Positions 40,481 to 53,432 of a stretch of DNA of 64,000 nucleotides are shown here, piece after piece. The notes under the pieces were generated by a model. The model was given only the letters and a program-made list of their open reading frames with translations, had not been told where the DNA came from and ran no database searches. Location of the stretch: assembly GCA_964016885.1 (NCBI GenBank), contig OZ024750.1, positions 4,340,001 to 4,404,000 of the forward strand, in the 5' to 3' direction. This stretch comes from Eledone cirrhosa (lineage: Eukaryota). The first letter of the stretch is position 1, and the number at the start of each line of letters is the position of its first letter. The translations under genes and the position numbers were made by a program.

Positions 40481-41317
40481 TAGGTATTAGAGGAAATGGG
40501 TGAATGGTAAAGGGTAAAGGGTAAATACACCCTTTCAGTCACAAATGAACATGGAGTTTGTACCGAGAAAGGTGCAACAAGGTATAAGTCCAGGCAAGGT
40601 ATTGTGGAGGTATTTGTGGAGCACTGGCTGTCGCCCATACATACCGGTCTATCCTCTCCACGCTCCTGTGTTGTCCAAGAGAAAGACTAAGACTGATTTA
40701 ATGATGTCGCAATTTCCACAGATGAGGTCAGCTTTACCTTTTATCTTTATATTTAATATTTGTTATCGGAACCGACAGAGATCCATCACACACACACGCA
40801 TAGACGCACACATCTAAACAAACGCACCTCTCGCACACAAGCGCACATACACTCACACACGCACACACAGACATAACACTCTCCTCCACACTCATACAAG
40901 CACACGTACACACAAATACACGCACACAGGAACACATACACGCACACTCACACACACACTCAGACATATACACATACGCATACACATACGCATACACATA
41001 CGCATACACACACGTATACACACACGTATACACACACATAGACCGGATTATTGTAGAAATATGTCGCTCTATGCTAATATTTCTAACCCAAGCTAACGTT
41101 ATCAAAGGCAATGACTCGCCTCATTTACCCTCTTCGGTACACTACAGAAATTATCGTATAGGAAGACAGGTGAAACTCATAAACACTAGAAACAAAGTTT
41201 TCAGTTGTTTTGTCTTACCAAAAACTAAGTCTTTGATGTAACGGAATCGCTTCCCGATGATTTAGCTCCCCATTAAGAAATTGATATTATATTCTTTTAT
41301 TCTTGTAGAAAAACGTG

Positions 41318-41550
41318 CAAATTGGCAGAATCGTTAGAATGTGGAATAGAATACTTTGAGGTATTCATTCAGGCTCTCTCCTCTCTGAGTTCAAATCCCG
41401 CCGAGGTCAACTTTGCCTTTCATCTTTTCGAGATCGATAAAAAAAGTACCAGTGTAGTACTGGGGTTGATTCTTCCTCTATATCTCTTTCCCACTTCTTC
41501 TCTCACACTTCCTATTCTTCTCTGGAAGAAATCTGCTGTACTCAGACCTG
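41318..41550 (+). mobile_element. Composite SINE variant (family 1 head and core, alternative tail)
   Basis: TTGGCAGAATCGTTAG...GAGTTCAAATCCCGCCGAGGTCAACTTTGCC...CTCTGGAAGAAATCTG..TCAGACCTG. Confidence 0.8.
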
Positions 41551-42307
41551 TCAACTCCCCACTTCCGACGGGGAGATCTCCCACCCACTTTGTGGTGGGT
41601 GAGAGATGTCTTCTCTTGTGAAAATAGGTATAGCGTTCACTATTTTGTCTCATTTCTCCCAGTTTCGGGGCACTTTCTTTCATGGCACTCCCCGTTTGGG
41701 GTTTTAGAAATTGGCAGGTCTGTTAATGACTAAAGTTAGCAAAAGAATATAAGAATATAAACGCAATATTCGTGTTTGGCAAGGTTACTGTATTAACCCC
41801 TCGTATTTTCTACCTAAGATTATATTATAATAGCTTAACACCAAGATAGAAAATCTATTGTTACTTCTGCTTTCAAGCAACAAGTCTGAGGCAATATATT
41901 ACTAAATCTAATGTTGCAATATATATTAGATATGTTTGTCGATAGAGGGGAGCATTGCAAGAATAATTATTATGGGAGGTAGTCGATATATAAGAGAAGA
42001 TTTAGTAATGATGGCGTTGATGATAGTAATGGTAGAGTTGAGGCCAGTGTTTATGATGTTGTCAGCCGAGTGTTTGTGTAGCTGTAATGATGGTTGTGTT
42101 GGTGAGAGTGTCTTGTCTGTGGAGGTGTGAGGATAATAGTGGTAACAGGGGTGATGATAGATTTGCTGGTTTCAGAGAGCCGTGGGTTGTGTTTATGTTG
42201 TGTTGTTTATTGTTGTTGTAGAATGTGGTTGTTCTAATATTGTTAGCGTAGTCGTAGTGGTTTTGGCATTTGTGTTATTGTTACTGTTGCTGTTGTGTGT
42301 ATATATA

Positions 42308-42403
<96 letters not shown>

Positions 42404-42535
42404 TATATACATATATATATACGTAAATATATATATATATATGTAAATATATATATATATATGTAAATATATATATACGTAAATATATATATATAAGTAT
42501 ATATATGTATATATATATATGTATATATATGATGT

Positions 42536-42634
<99 letters not shown>

Positions 42635-42767
42635 TATATACGTAAATATATATATATATACATCATATATAAACCCTGTTATATATATATATATATATAA
42701 TTTTCTGATTGATGTCTGCTATGAAGGAGATTGAAAATTAATATTGACTTGCATAGGATGAGTCATT

Positions 42768-43423
42768 GAACACAATATAACATAAAATAATACAATATAA
42801 CACAACATAACACAACATAACACAATATAACACAATATAACACAACATAACACAACATAACACAACATAACACAACATAACACAATATAACACAACATAA
42901 CACAACATAACACAATATAGCACAACATAACACAACATAACACAACATAACACAACATAACACAATATAGCACAACATAACACAACATAACACAACATAA
43001 CACAATATAACACAATATAACACAACATAACAGAACATAACAGAACATAACACAATATAACACAATATAACACAATATAACGCAACATAACACAATATAA
43101 CACAATATAACACAACATAACACAACATAACACAACATAACACAACATAACACAATATAACATAACATAACACAACATAACACAACATAACACAATATAG
43201 CGCAACATAACACAACATAACACAATATAGCACAATATAACACAACATAACACAATATAGCACAACATAACACAACATAACACAACATAACACAATATAG
43301 CACAACATAACACAACATAACACAATATAGCACAACATAACACAACATAACACAATATAACACAATATAACACAAAATAACACAATATAACACAACATAA
43401 CACAACATAACACAACATAACAC
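42768..43423. repeat. 10-bp satellite (CACAACATAA/CACAATATAA), about 65 copies
   Basis: Direct reading; source of the C/V/L/Y-rich ORFs. Confidence 0.97.
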
Positions 43424-43751
43424 TAGATGAATTCTGGCAGAGAGAATCCATTTTAGATGGAATCATTTGAACAACACAAGATGGTAAATCAAAAAGTATA
43501 ACGTAGAGACAATAAATAAACAGAATTATTGGAGAATTGTCTAAACTTCCTCCTGCATTGTGTAAAGATTGGAAAATAAAATGGCAGAGTGTTAGCTTCG
43601 TATCGATCTTATTGATATTTCGATCGAAGCTAAAACTTTTTGCAGTGTGAACAGTTGAACAGTTACTGATCACATTTTTTAGACTTTCAGTGACAAATCA
43701 GATTTTCTCGATGATGCTTTGGTTCTCTATGTTGGGAATATAAAAGAGAGA

Positions 43752-43845
<94 letters not shown>

Positions 43846-43900
43846 TTATGTATACACTTTATAGATAAATATATGCATATATTCATACACACATTCATAC

Positions 43901-43939
<39 letters not shown>

Positions 43940-44498
43940 TATATACTTATATATATATACATATACATACACACACACATATATATATACATGTGTGTGT
44001 ATATAAATTTATATAGATAATCTAAGAAATAGTCTGAATGAGGAAGATTGTAGAATATATTGGATATTGATTTTTACTAAGTCGTCTGCTTCATTCAGTG
44101 AGATAATGAATAATGAGTAGAGATTTGATTTTCGAAGTGCCGTCGAAAGACGTCAATGGAGGTTATAAAAGAGAAGTCATAAGAAGAATTGACTTCATAC
44201 ATCACCCAGACCTTTCAACATTGTTTGGAGACTTTAAATCAGGGGAGAGCGAGAAAAGAAATGATAAAACAATAAGAAGAAAGAAAGGATAAAGAAAGCA
44301 AGAAAGAACTAAAATCTGATTTACGTATAAAATCAGTTTCGTGTTTTTAGTAGAAGCTTTAACACTTCTCAACTTCTGAGTGGTTACCATTGAACAATAT
44401 GGCTGTGATTCTAGCTTTGGTTCCTTTAATTCAGTGGTTCAAATATAAGAGCTAGCTTGAATAGTAATGGTTTCATTTGTTGGCCATAAGGGCCGCTA

Positions 44499-44905
44499 GT
44501 TGTTTCTACTTTTGGCGCAAGAGCAGTAATTATTCCAGTGTATTACTGGTACTTTATTTTATCGACCCCGTAAGGATGAAAGGCAAAGTTAATCTCGGCG
44601 GTATTTGAACTCAGAATGGCAAAGGCCGTAACTCTATGCGTCAAAGCATGGTGTCCGAACCTCTACCGATACTGCCAAATGGTTTCATTTATTGGCCGCA
44701 AGGGCCGCTAGCTTGAATCATAATTGTTTCTACTTTTGGCACAAGGCCAGCAATTATCTCAGTGCATTACTGGTACTTTATTTTATCGACCCCGTAAGGA
44801 TAAAGGGCAAAGCGAACCTCGGCGGTATTTGAACTCAAAACGTAAAGGACCGTAACTCTGTGCCACGAAGCATGTAGTCCGACGCTCTACCGATACTACC
44901 AATCT
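44499..44905 (-). mobile_element. Two SINE family 1 copies; the first is flanked by a ~34-bp direct repeat
   Basis: AATGGTTTCATTT(G/A)TTGGCC..AAGGGCCGCTAG at about 44466 and 44678. Confidence 0.9.
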
Positions 44906-45244
44906 ACTGCATAATAATGTTTTTCTTTCCCTAATTATTATTATTAAAAGTAATGAGCCAAACCCTGGCAACTTCTGGCAGAAGATTTACTTCAGAAGAT
45001 CAGAAATCAGATTAATGGTAAAATTGTTTGGGAATCAAGTTTGCCAATCCATCAACTAGATTTGTTGTTGTTCTTGTTGTTGTTGTTGTGTATGCGTGTG
45101 TATGTGTGTGTGTGTTTCTATGTATGTGTGTGTATATATATGTGTGTGTATATGTGTATGTGTGTGTATGTGTGTCTATGCGTATGTGTGTATGTGTGTG
45201 TGTGTGTATATATATATATGTGTGTGTGTGTATGTGTGTGTGTA

Positions 45245-45300
<56 letters not shown>

Positions 45301-45310
45301 AGTAGTAGTA

Positions 45311-45371
<61 letters not shown>

Positions 45372-45765
45372 CTACACAGTTCCAGATATGGGAGCAATGT
45401 CCTAATTTTGACCCAATTTGATCGTTAAAGACACTAAGTTCCTGTCCTGAGTATTTTCTGGCCCTGAAGAGAGAGTCTGGTCCTTCAAATGCAGTTTTGG
45501 TAAATTTTCTTAGGGGTGAGTTAATTTGTTTTGTGTTTTTACAACTAGAATGATTTTAGTTGTATTGTTTATGTCTAGGGGACGGCGGAGGGTATAGGGG
45601 GTGTAGGTGGTGTAGGTGGTGGGTGTAGGGGTGTAGCGTAACACCGTTTCTTTATATGTAATATGTTCCATCTTCGTACTGATGGAGGAGGTTATATTGT
45701 CAAATTTCTCCATATGATCACACACACACACACACACATGCACACACACTCACATACACATACAG

Positions 45766-45844
<79 letters not shown>

Positions 45845-46794
45845 AACACACACACACACACACACATACAAGCATTACACAATTCAGATTAATCCATTTA
45901 AACTAAATACTTAAAGCTCTTTCTTTATATATATTTCCGTTAGGGGTTTGTTCTATGAGCAAGTGTGTTTATGTGTGTGTGTGTGTTTATGTGTGTGTAT
46001 GTGTGTGTTTATGTGTGTGTTTATGTGTGTGTATGTGTGTGTTTATGTGTGTGTTTACGTGTGTAATGTGTGTAATGTACTGTATATAGAAATATATAAA
46101 CATGTGTATGTGTCTATCAGTGAGTGTATGTGCGTGTATGCGTATGTGTGTGTTTATGTGTGTGTTTATGTGTGTGTTTACGTGTGTAATGTGTGTAATG
46201 TACTGTATATAGAAATATATAAACATGTGTATGTGTCAGTCAGTGTATGTGTGATTATATGAAAGTGTTGTTAATGTGTATTGTTACCGGCTTAAACAGT
46301 TATATTTCCACAAGTTGCAATCGTAAATGTCTACAGAGTGAGAATATCTGCTAGTTTAATGTGTACTAATTGCAATACTATACGAAAATCTCGCCCAAGC
46401 CCTTCAGCCGTGAGATTTTAATGAGACTGGAAGTCAATGTAGAAGTCTTACTGTTTATTGTAAGCAGCTGCTGGCGTTTAACCATTTTCCTCGCTACCAA
46501 TTCTCCGTGACGGGTAGACACAAAATCTAAGATGCTTTCATAGAGAACTGGTGAAATGGTAAAGGGATATAAGAGAATGACAACATGCAACGACAATATT
46601 TAACGCTTGCTTTCGAAATGAAAGCCGAAAGAAAGCATGTGCATACATATACACACACACACACACACACACATACACACACACACACACACATACACAC
46701 ACACCACACACACACACACAGGCAGATGCATCCCGTCCTATATATATATACATAAATATATATATACACAAACACAGACTGATGCATCCCGTCC

Positions 46795-46894
<100 letters not shown>

Positions 46895-46925
46895 ACACAC
46901 AAACACAGACTGATGCATCCCGTCC

Positions 46926-46990
<65 letters not shown>

Positions 46991-47023
46991 GTATATACAC
47001 ACACACAGACATATGCACTCTAT

Positions 47024-47063
<40 letters not shown>

Positions 47064-47470
47064 TATACGTAAGTGTGTGCATCTGTATGTGTTATAATTT
47101 CAGTTTGTAATGGATTATGAATCAGATATAATTGTAGAAATTTATTTCATAAAGAAACCTTCCCTCTCCTTTACTCCTTTCTCCCCCTCCTTCTCCCCCC
47201 CCATCACCACCACCACTATCACCACCACCACCACCATCATCAACATCATCATCAAAGATTGTTCAAAAGAAGAAAAGTAATTGTTATATATGTAATTCTT
47301 ATTATTACTATTACTACAAATGTTGTCAAACTCAACCAGATGTTTAGTTATTTTAATTTTATTTCGTTCAGTATTTTGCTTGTCTGGGATTAATCCCCAT
47401 TGAGCTTTTCTTGGCGTTTTCCATACAAATCTAATGTCTTATATACATATATACATACATATATATATAT

Positions 47471-47668
47471 ATATACAATATATTAATAAATGGAAACTAT
47501 ATTTATAAAACCATATTTATTCTATTATACATATTTCAAGGGCAACCAAAGCATATTATGGTGCACTTGAAAGCGCACCATAATATGCCTTGGTGGCCCT
47601 TGAAATATGTATAATAGAATAAATATGGTTTTATAAATATAGTTTCCATTTATTAATATATTGTATAT
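47471..47668. mobile_element. Fold-back element, 94-bp arms (2 mismatches), 10-nt loop; inverted form of the 14494 hammerhead family
   Basis: Right arm GAAATATGTATAAT.GAATAAATATGGTTTTATAAATATAGTTTCCATTTATTAATAT matches 14539-14596. Confidence 0.9.
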
Positions 47669-47904
47669 TTACTCCACTAGGCTGTTGAGTGCTTTATATC
47701 AGTTATAAAAATGTTTAAGCCTGTTGAATCCCAACAAATTAAATATATATATATATATATAATGTCTAAAAGATAAAATGTATTAGGATACGGGTATCAG
47801 TTTAATGCACAGAGTTTTCTTTCACATACTGACAGAGTTTTCTTTCACATACTGACCTTCATTTATTTATTCACTCATTCATTGCAATTTCACCAACTCT
47901 GTAT

Positions 47905-48115
47905 GGCGGGAAACTGGCAGAGTTGTTAGAACGTCGGATAGAATGCCTTGTGGTATTTGTTCCGACTCTCTTTTTGTGAGTTCGAATATTGTCGAGGTTA
48001 ACTTTGCTTTTCATCCTTCCGAGGCCGATCAAAACAATACCAGTATAGCACTGTGATCGATTCCTACTCAATGTCTCTTTCGCAATTCCTCTCTCTCTCT
48101 CTCCCCCCTCTCTCT

Positions 48116-48165
<50 letters not shown>

Positions 48166-48280
48166 CCTCTCTCTCTCTCCCTCTCTCTCACTTTCGTCTC
48201 TAGAATAAATCTGGTGTATTCAGACCTGGAGCGGGATAGACTCCACCAGGTTTAAAATATGTCCTAGAAAAGCCGATAGT
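47905..48280 (+). mobile_element. Composite SINE variant with internal (CT)n
   Basis: Head, B-box and core, then TCAGACCTGGAG...CCAGGTTTAAAA tail. Confidence 0.8.
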
Positions 48281-48341
48281 CAATATGGCTTCCCAACATC
48301 TACAATATGTATTTATTACTTTTTCTTCCGTTTATATTCAC

Positions 48342-48413
<72 letters not shown>

Positions 48414-48450
48414 TGACCGAAGGGGGTCTTTATATATATATATATATATA

Positions 48451-48512
48451 GGTATCTAGTCTTTAATGCGTCGAAATACCAACGATAATCAGCAGACTAC
48501 TGATGAGGACAT
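48451..48512 (+). ncRNA. Candidate hammerhead with strands in non-canonical order
   Basis: GGTAT-C^-TAGTCT ... GTC-GAAA-TACC ... AGACTA-CTGATGA-G-GAC; stems III (5 bp), I (6 bp) and II (3 bp) all pair. Confidence 0.45.
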
Positions 48513-48543
48513 TTTTTCCCTTGGTCTATTTTTATTAATATGT

Positions 48544-48604
<61 letters not shown>

Positions 48605-48781
48605 AAAGAGGTTGAAGATGCAATTGGAGTCTTTCAGAAAGTAATTTAACAGCAAATTATAACTTTAGTGGTTTCACAAGTTTTATGATTTTCAAAAGAG
48701 AGATATGAGGCTATGACGACTTGTAACTCACATCTATAAAAACATTCTGTCGAAACGGTTTAAACGGGCTTACATGCTTTA

Positions 48782-48868
<87 letters not shown>

Positions 48869-49019
48869 ATACTTTGGGAGGGTCATGTTGCCAATAAGAA
48901 ACACACGCACCAGTTGCTTTCACTTCAATTTAATTTATTATATATTTATAAATTTACAAATTTATAAATTTCTGGTTGGTTGGTTGGTTCCACAACCAGA
49001 TAGTTGTTTATATATATAT

Positions 49020-49064
49020 AGTCATAGTTCTTTCGTCACACACTCTGTGACCTCTTCAGTGACT
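49020..49064 (-). ncRNA. Minimal type I hammerhead ribozyme (mirror copy)
   Basis: Reverse complement of 49157-49201. Confidence 0.8.
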
Positions 49065-49156
49065 GGGGATTTCTTTCTTCGTTTCTGTGCCTTTCCTTTC
49101 TTCTATCCTACGCCATAGAAGAAAGGAAAGGCACAGAAACGAAGAAAGAAATCCCC

Positions 49157-49201
49157 AGTCACTGAAGAGGTCACAGAGTGTGTGACGAAAGAACTATGAC
49201 T
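49157..49201 (+). ncRNA. Minimal type I hammerhead ribozyme
   Basis: AGTCA-CTGAAGA-G-GTCACA gagtg TGTGAC-GAAA-G aa C-TA^-TGACT; intact core, extra nucleotide after A9, 6-bp stem II, 5-bp stem I, minimal stem III. Confidence 0.8.
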
Positions 49202-49447
49202 ATATATATATAAACAACTATCTGGTTGTGGAACCAACCAACCAACCAGAAATTTATAAATTTGTAAATTTATAAATATATAATAAATTAAATTGAAGTG
49301 AAAGCAACTGGTGCGTGTGTTTCTTATTGGCAACATGACCCTCCCAAAGTATAACAATATCGGTTTCAACACACGATTTCAGATAAAGAATCTTGCTAAA
49401 CAAATTCAGAAACGAAATATATATATATATATGTATATATATGTATA

Positions 49448-49574
<127 letters not shown>

Positions 49575-49667
49575 GTAGAACACTGGAGGGTTATATCCCC
49601 AGTAGTAGAGCACTCAGTCCATGGGACGAGATTGGTAGAAGTAGTTCCACAACAGTTAGTTCACCAT

Positions 49668-49710
49668 ACCGAGAACAATTGTTTCACCTTATTCGGAGCG
49701 TCAGCTCAGT
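49668..49710 (-). ncRNA. Degenerate minimal hammerhead (A9 changed to C)
   Basis: ACTGAG-CTGACGC-TCC gaataa GGT-GAAA-CAATTG-TT^-CTCGGT; 6-bp stem I, palindromic stem III. Confidence 0.55.
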
Positions 49711-49716
49711 CTAAAA

Positions 49717-49763
<47 letters not shown>

Positions 49764-49832
49764 AAAAAAGGGGGAGAAGAATACTGCATGGTTGCACATG
49801 GATAACATGTTATAAAATGAGTCCCTCATCAG

Positions 49833-50018
49833 TAGAAAGGCTTCTACATGACTAGGACTGTTTCATTCGATATAAATCATCAGGTAGCCTTCCTGGTGAT
49901 TTCTACCGAATGAAACAGTTCTAGTCCTGTAGAAGCCTTTCTATATTAAATATTTATACTCTGCTAAGTGTTGAGTACCTTACTTACTGTAGTTACCCCC
50001 GATTGAACCCGGGATAAA

Positions 50019-50021
<3 letters not shown>
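49833..50021. mobile_element. Head-to-head pair of hammerhead motifs (family of 14649/22754): intact core on - (49833-49890), CTGGTGA-mutated core on + (49889-49935), then 3' tail
   Basis: TAGAAAGGCTTCTACA.GACTAG.ACTGTTTCATTCG vs CGAATGAAACAGT.CTAGTC.TGTAGAAGCCTTTCTA. Confidence 0.85.
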
Positions 50022-50052
<31 letters not shown>

Positions 50053-50075
50053 TGTGTGTATATACACATATACAT

Positions 50076-50225
<150 letters not shown>

Positions 50226-50259
50226 TTATATATATGTGTGTTTATGTATATGTGTATAT

Positions 50260-50290
<31 letters not shown>

Positions 50291-50741
50291 AAATTTAACG
50301 TAATATCATTTCCAAAAGTTAAGCAGCAAAATTCGAGTAATTGCATTAGCAAGATTGGAAGAAATAACGAAATTAGAATAAACATAAAGGCAGAATAAAT
50401 GAATGGCTAATTAAAGAAAATAGAGTATTACTATAGATTTCCCTTTCAAACGAGGCTACTGTCAGTTATTTATATTGCTATTGAAGCATAGAAGGAAAGT
50501 ACTATGTGTAATATAGATATCTAAACACTGTATCGTTGGTGTAACGTATTTATCCTGCCTGTCAAATAAAATTCTCCAACTTTCTTCAACGTGTACAATA
50601 TCTAGAACTCGATCGGATTTCAATCGTATCAGTTGTCAAGAAAAATTACCAAAATCGGAATGGAGATGATAAAAGACCGGAAAGGGGCAGAGTAACACAA
50701 ATAATATGCTAAATTTTGGTCAGTAATAGGGAAGTATTAGA

Positions 50742-51060
50742 AGGCAATGAACTGGCAGAGAGACTCGTTACTGTGTCGGATTAAATGCCTCGGTATTTAT
50801 TCCGATTCCGTGCGTCCTACGTTCAAATCCCGCAGAGGTCAACTACGATCTTTAATCCTTTCGTGGGGGGTCGATAAATAAAATACCTGTCAATGGATCA
50901 GGGTTGGGAGTTGATTGAAGCAATGAACTGGCAGTGAGTCGTTACAGTGTCAGTTTAAATGCTTCGGTATTTATTCCGGTTCCGAGCGTCCTACGTTCAA
51001 ATCCCGCAGAGGTCAACTACTATGATTTTTATCCTTTTGTGGATATATAAAGCACCTGTG
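50742..51060 (+). mobile_element. Locally duplicated, diverged SINE family 1 pair
   Basis: GCAATGAACTGGCAG...CGTCCTACGTTCAAATCCCGCAGAGGTCAACTAC occurs twice with shared diagnostic changes. Confidence 0.8.
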
Positions 51061-51277
51061 GATGGGCCAGGATGAGAGTGTTGGGGTGGGGTGGGGGTGG
51101 GGGTGGGGCTTGATTGACGGAATTAATAAAGCGTCGGTCAGCGGGGTATGCTGAGTAGTATCTGTTTCGACTCTGAGTCTTGATTTCAAATTCCAATCCC
51201 TGTCACTGAAAACATGATGATGCCCCCATCTCTCTCCCCCATCTCTCTCCCCCATCTCCTCCCCCTCTCTCTCTCTC

Positions 51278-51320
<43 letters not shown>

Positions 51321-51382
51321 CTTTAAGTCGTTTGGAAGCCTCGACAATGCAAATATATATATATATATAAGAAAAGAGCCAG

Positions 51383-51479
51383 GACCCCGACTGCTGAGCT
51401 CCGGCTGTTTCGACAGCTAAATCTGAACTAAACCAGTAGTATTATGACGGCAGGGACCTAGCTGAACTTATCAAGGGTT
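51383..51479 (-). ncRNA. Type I hammerhead with U3-A8 core and a long stem II loop
   Basis: AACCC-TTGATAA-GTTCAGCTA..(about 40 nt)..TAGCTGTC-GAAA-CAGC..GCAG-TC^-GGGGTC; single mismatches in stems I and III, small internal loop in stem II; sister copy at 30927-30994 has a fully paired stem III. Confidence 0.6.
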
Positions 51480-52071
51480 ACAGTCCATATATGGGCATGC
51501 GATCAAATCAGAAGGCTGACCTCGTGTGGGAAGTAATTGGCTTTAAAAAGATGATGATGAACATTTGCAAATACCAACTAATACATCTTATAATGTTTCC
51601 TATACTGCTACAAACGGATATGATTGAGTAATCACAACAAACCTGTTTCTCGTAAAAACCTACCATTTTTAGTTACATTTAAAAATATTTTAATATTTGT
51701 AAATAAAATAAAAATTACTTTACATAAATTAGTCCTTCTCGATGGTTTCACAAGCTTGATTATTGCATTATCAGTAATGAACCATTTCATTCCATTTCTA
51801 AGAAATATTTATTCCTAAGAAGTTTATATTCTCTTCTTTGCAAATAGTGTATCAAACCTTTTTTTTTTCCTATATGCATCTTTTTTTTTTATATTTACAT
51901 GGCTAGTGAAATAAAGGAGAAGAAAACTAGACAGAAAAAAATGTAATAGTTTAAGTTAGAAAAGGCGAAAGGTGACCAGCGGCGTTGTATATTGAATCTT
52001 ATATGAAAATCAAATTAGACTCTGATTTCGTATTGAGTACTTGGCTACTTGGCGCCAACAAATCCAAGCGT

Positions 52072-52129
<58 letters not shown>

Positions 52130-52159
52130 ATATATATAGGAGAAAGTCAATTTTTGAGG

Positions 52160-52318
52160 AAAGGGAAAAGTCGATTAAATCGATCTCAATTCGTTACTGG
52201 TGCTTATTAATCGATCCCGTAAGGATGAAAGGCAAAGCTATCCTCGGCGGGATTGAACTCCGAACGTAAAGAACCGTAACTATTTGTCGCAAAGCATGGT
52301 GTCCGATGCTCTACCGAT
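52160..52318 (-). mobile_element. SINE family 1
   Basis: Reverse complement of consensus. Confidence 0.85.
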
Positions 52319-52997
52319 GATCACGTAAAATCGAGAGAAGCTGGTTGACTGAAATAGTGTAGGAAAAGTATAGCTGCAATGTAGCTATAGAACTTTAGTT
52401 GTCTAACTTATCTAACTCTTATCTAACTCTTCTCTCAACAAGATTAATAAACCTCGTGCTTTCTAAAACGAATGATTAATAGTGTAAAGGATTATGAAAT
52501 AAATCAAAGAATTATAATGCTGCTTAATCCCGCAACCTTTCAACTTTCAACTTACTAGAAAAATATAGTATACTTATTATAATTACGACTTTTATGGTAA
52601 TTCATCACAGCTTGACAGCAATAGAGTCTTACCTTAAAATGTCTGGTTCGAAAATTGTCTTAGAAAATCACCGGCTATAAACTCCACCCACCTGCCAAGT
52701 GATGATTGGAAGTTTTCTATCAAACCGTTCCGTCACAGCATGTGTCCACGAGACTATTAAGTCTGTGAACTTCAGAATTCAATTATGTCTCGCACATTTT
52801 TCATTCTGTATATCACTGAATATCTCGCTGTCACTCCTAACTATATACTACTATGTAAATATCGTTCACATATCCTTTACCCTTCCTGTATAGATGTCAT
52901 CTACACCTAACATACATTTCTCTTGTCGTACATGCACTACTATTTCCCCGAGCAACAATATCTTAAGAACACCCAACAGTGATATGATAACTTCTCC

Positions 52998-53148
52998 AAA
53001 TACCGGTCGCTCTCCGACAGGTTTGCGGTCATGCCCTTGGCAGTGGAGACTTCTGGTGTCCTTGGCCCTAGGGCTACCTCCCTACTCATCACCATAGGCG
53101 TTGAGCCGGCCAGTCGCAGGTGTAAGCCTCGCGAGATGGAATGACTCT
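52998..53148 (+). mobile_element. Second CRE-clade fragment
   Basis: KYRSLSDRFAVMPLAVETSGVLGPRATSLL; highly similar to 33548-33663. Confidence 0.8.
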
Positions 53149-53163
53149 GCCAACCCATCACCC

Positions 53164-53218
<55 letters not shown>

Positions 53219-53221
<3 letters not shown>

Positions 53222-53432
53222 GTTTCTTATATGAGCACAAGGCCAGCAATTTGGGGAGAGGGGACAGTCGATTAAATCAACCCCAGTGCGTGACTGGTAC
53301 TTTATTTTATCGACCCCGTAAGGATGAAAGGCAACGCTAACCTCGGCGGGATTTTGAAATCAGAACGCAAAGGGTCATAACTCTATGCGGCAACGTCCGA
53401 TAGTGTCCGACGCTCTACCGATACTGTCAATC
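53219..53432 (-). mobile_element. SINE family 1 long form with (AAT)n tail
   Basis: Reverse complement of consensus. Confidence 0.85.

Larger units (their letters stand above)
48861..49420. mobile_element. Apparently perfect 500-bp palindrome (246-bp arms, 8-nt loop 49107-49114) within (TA)n; right arm continues about 60 bp
   Basis: Mirror positions sum to 98221; mirrored ORFs 48864+ and 49103- translate identically over the shared stretch. Confidence 0.97.
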
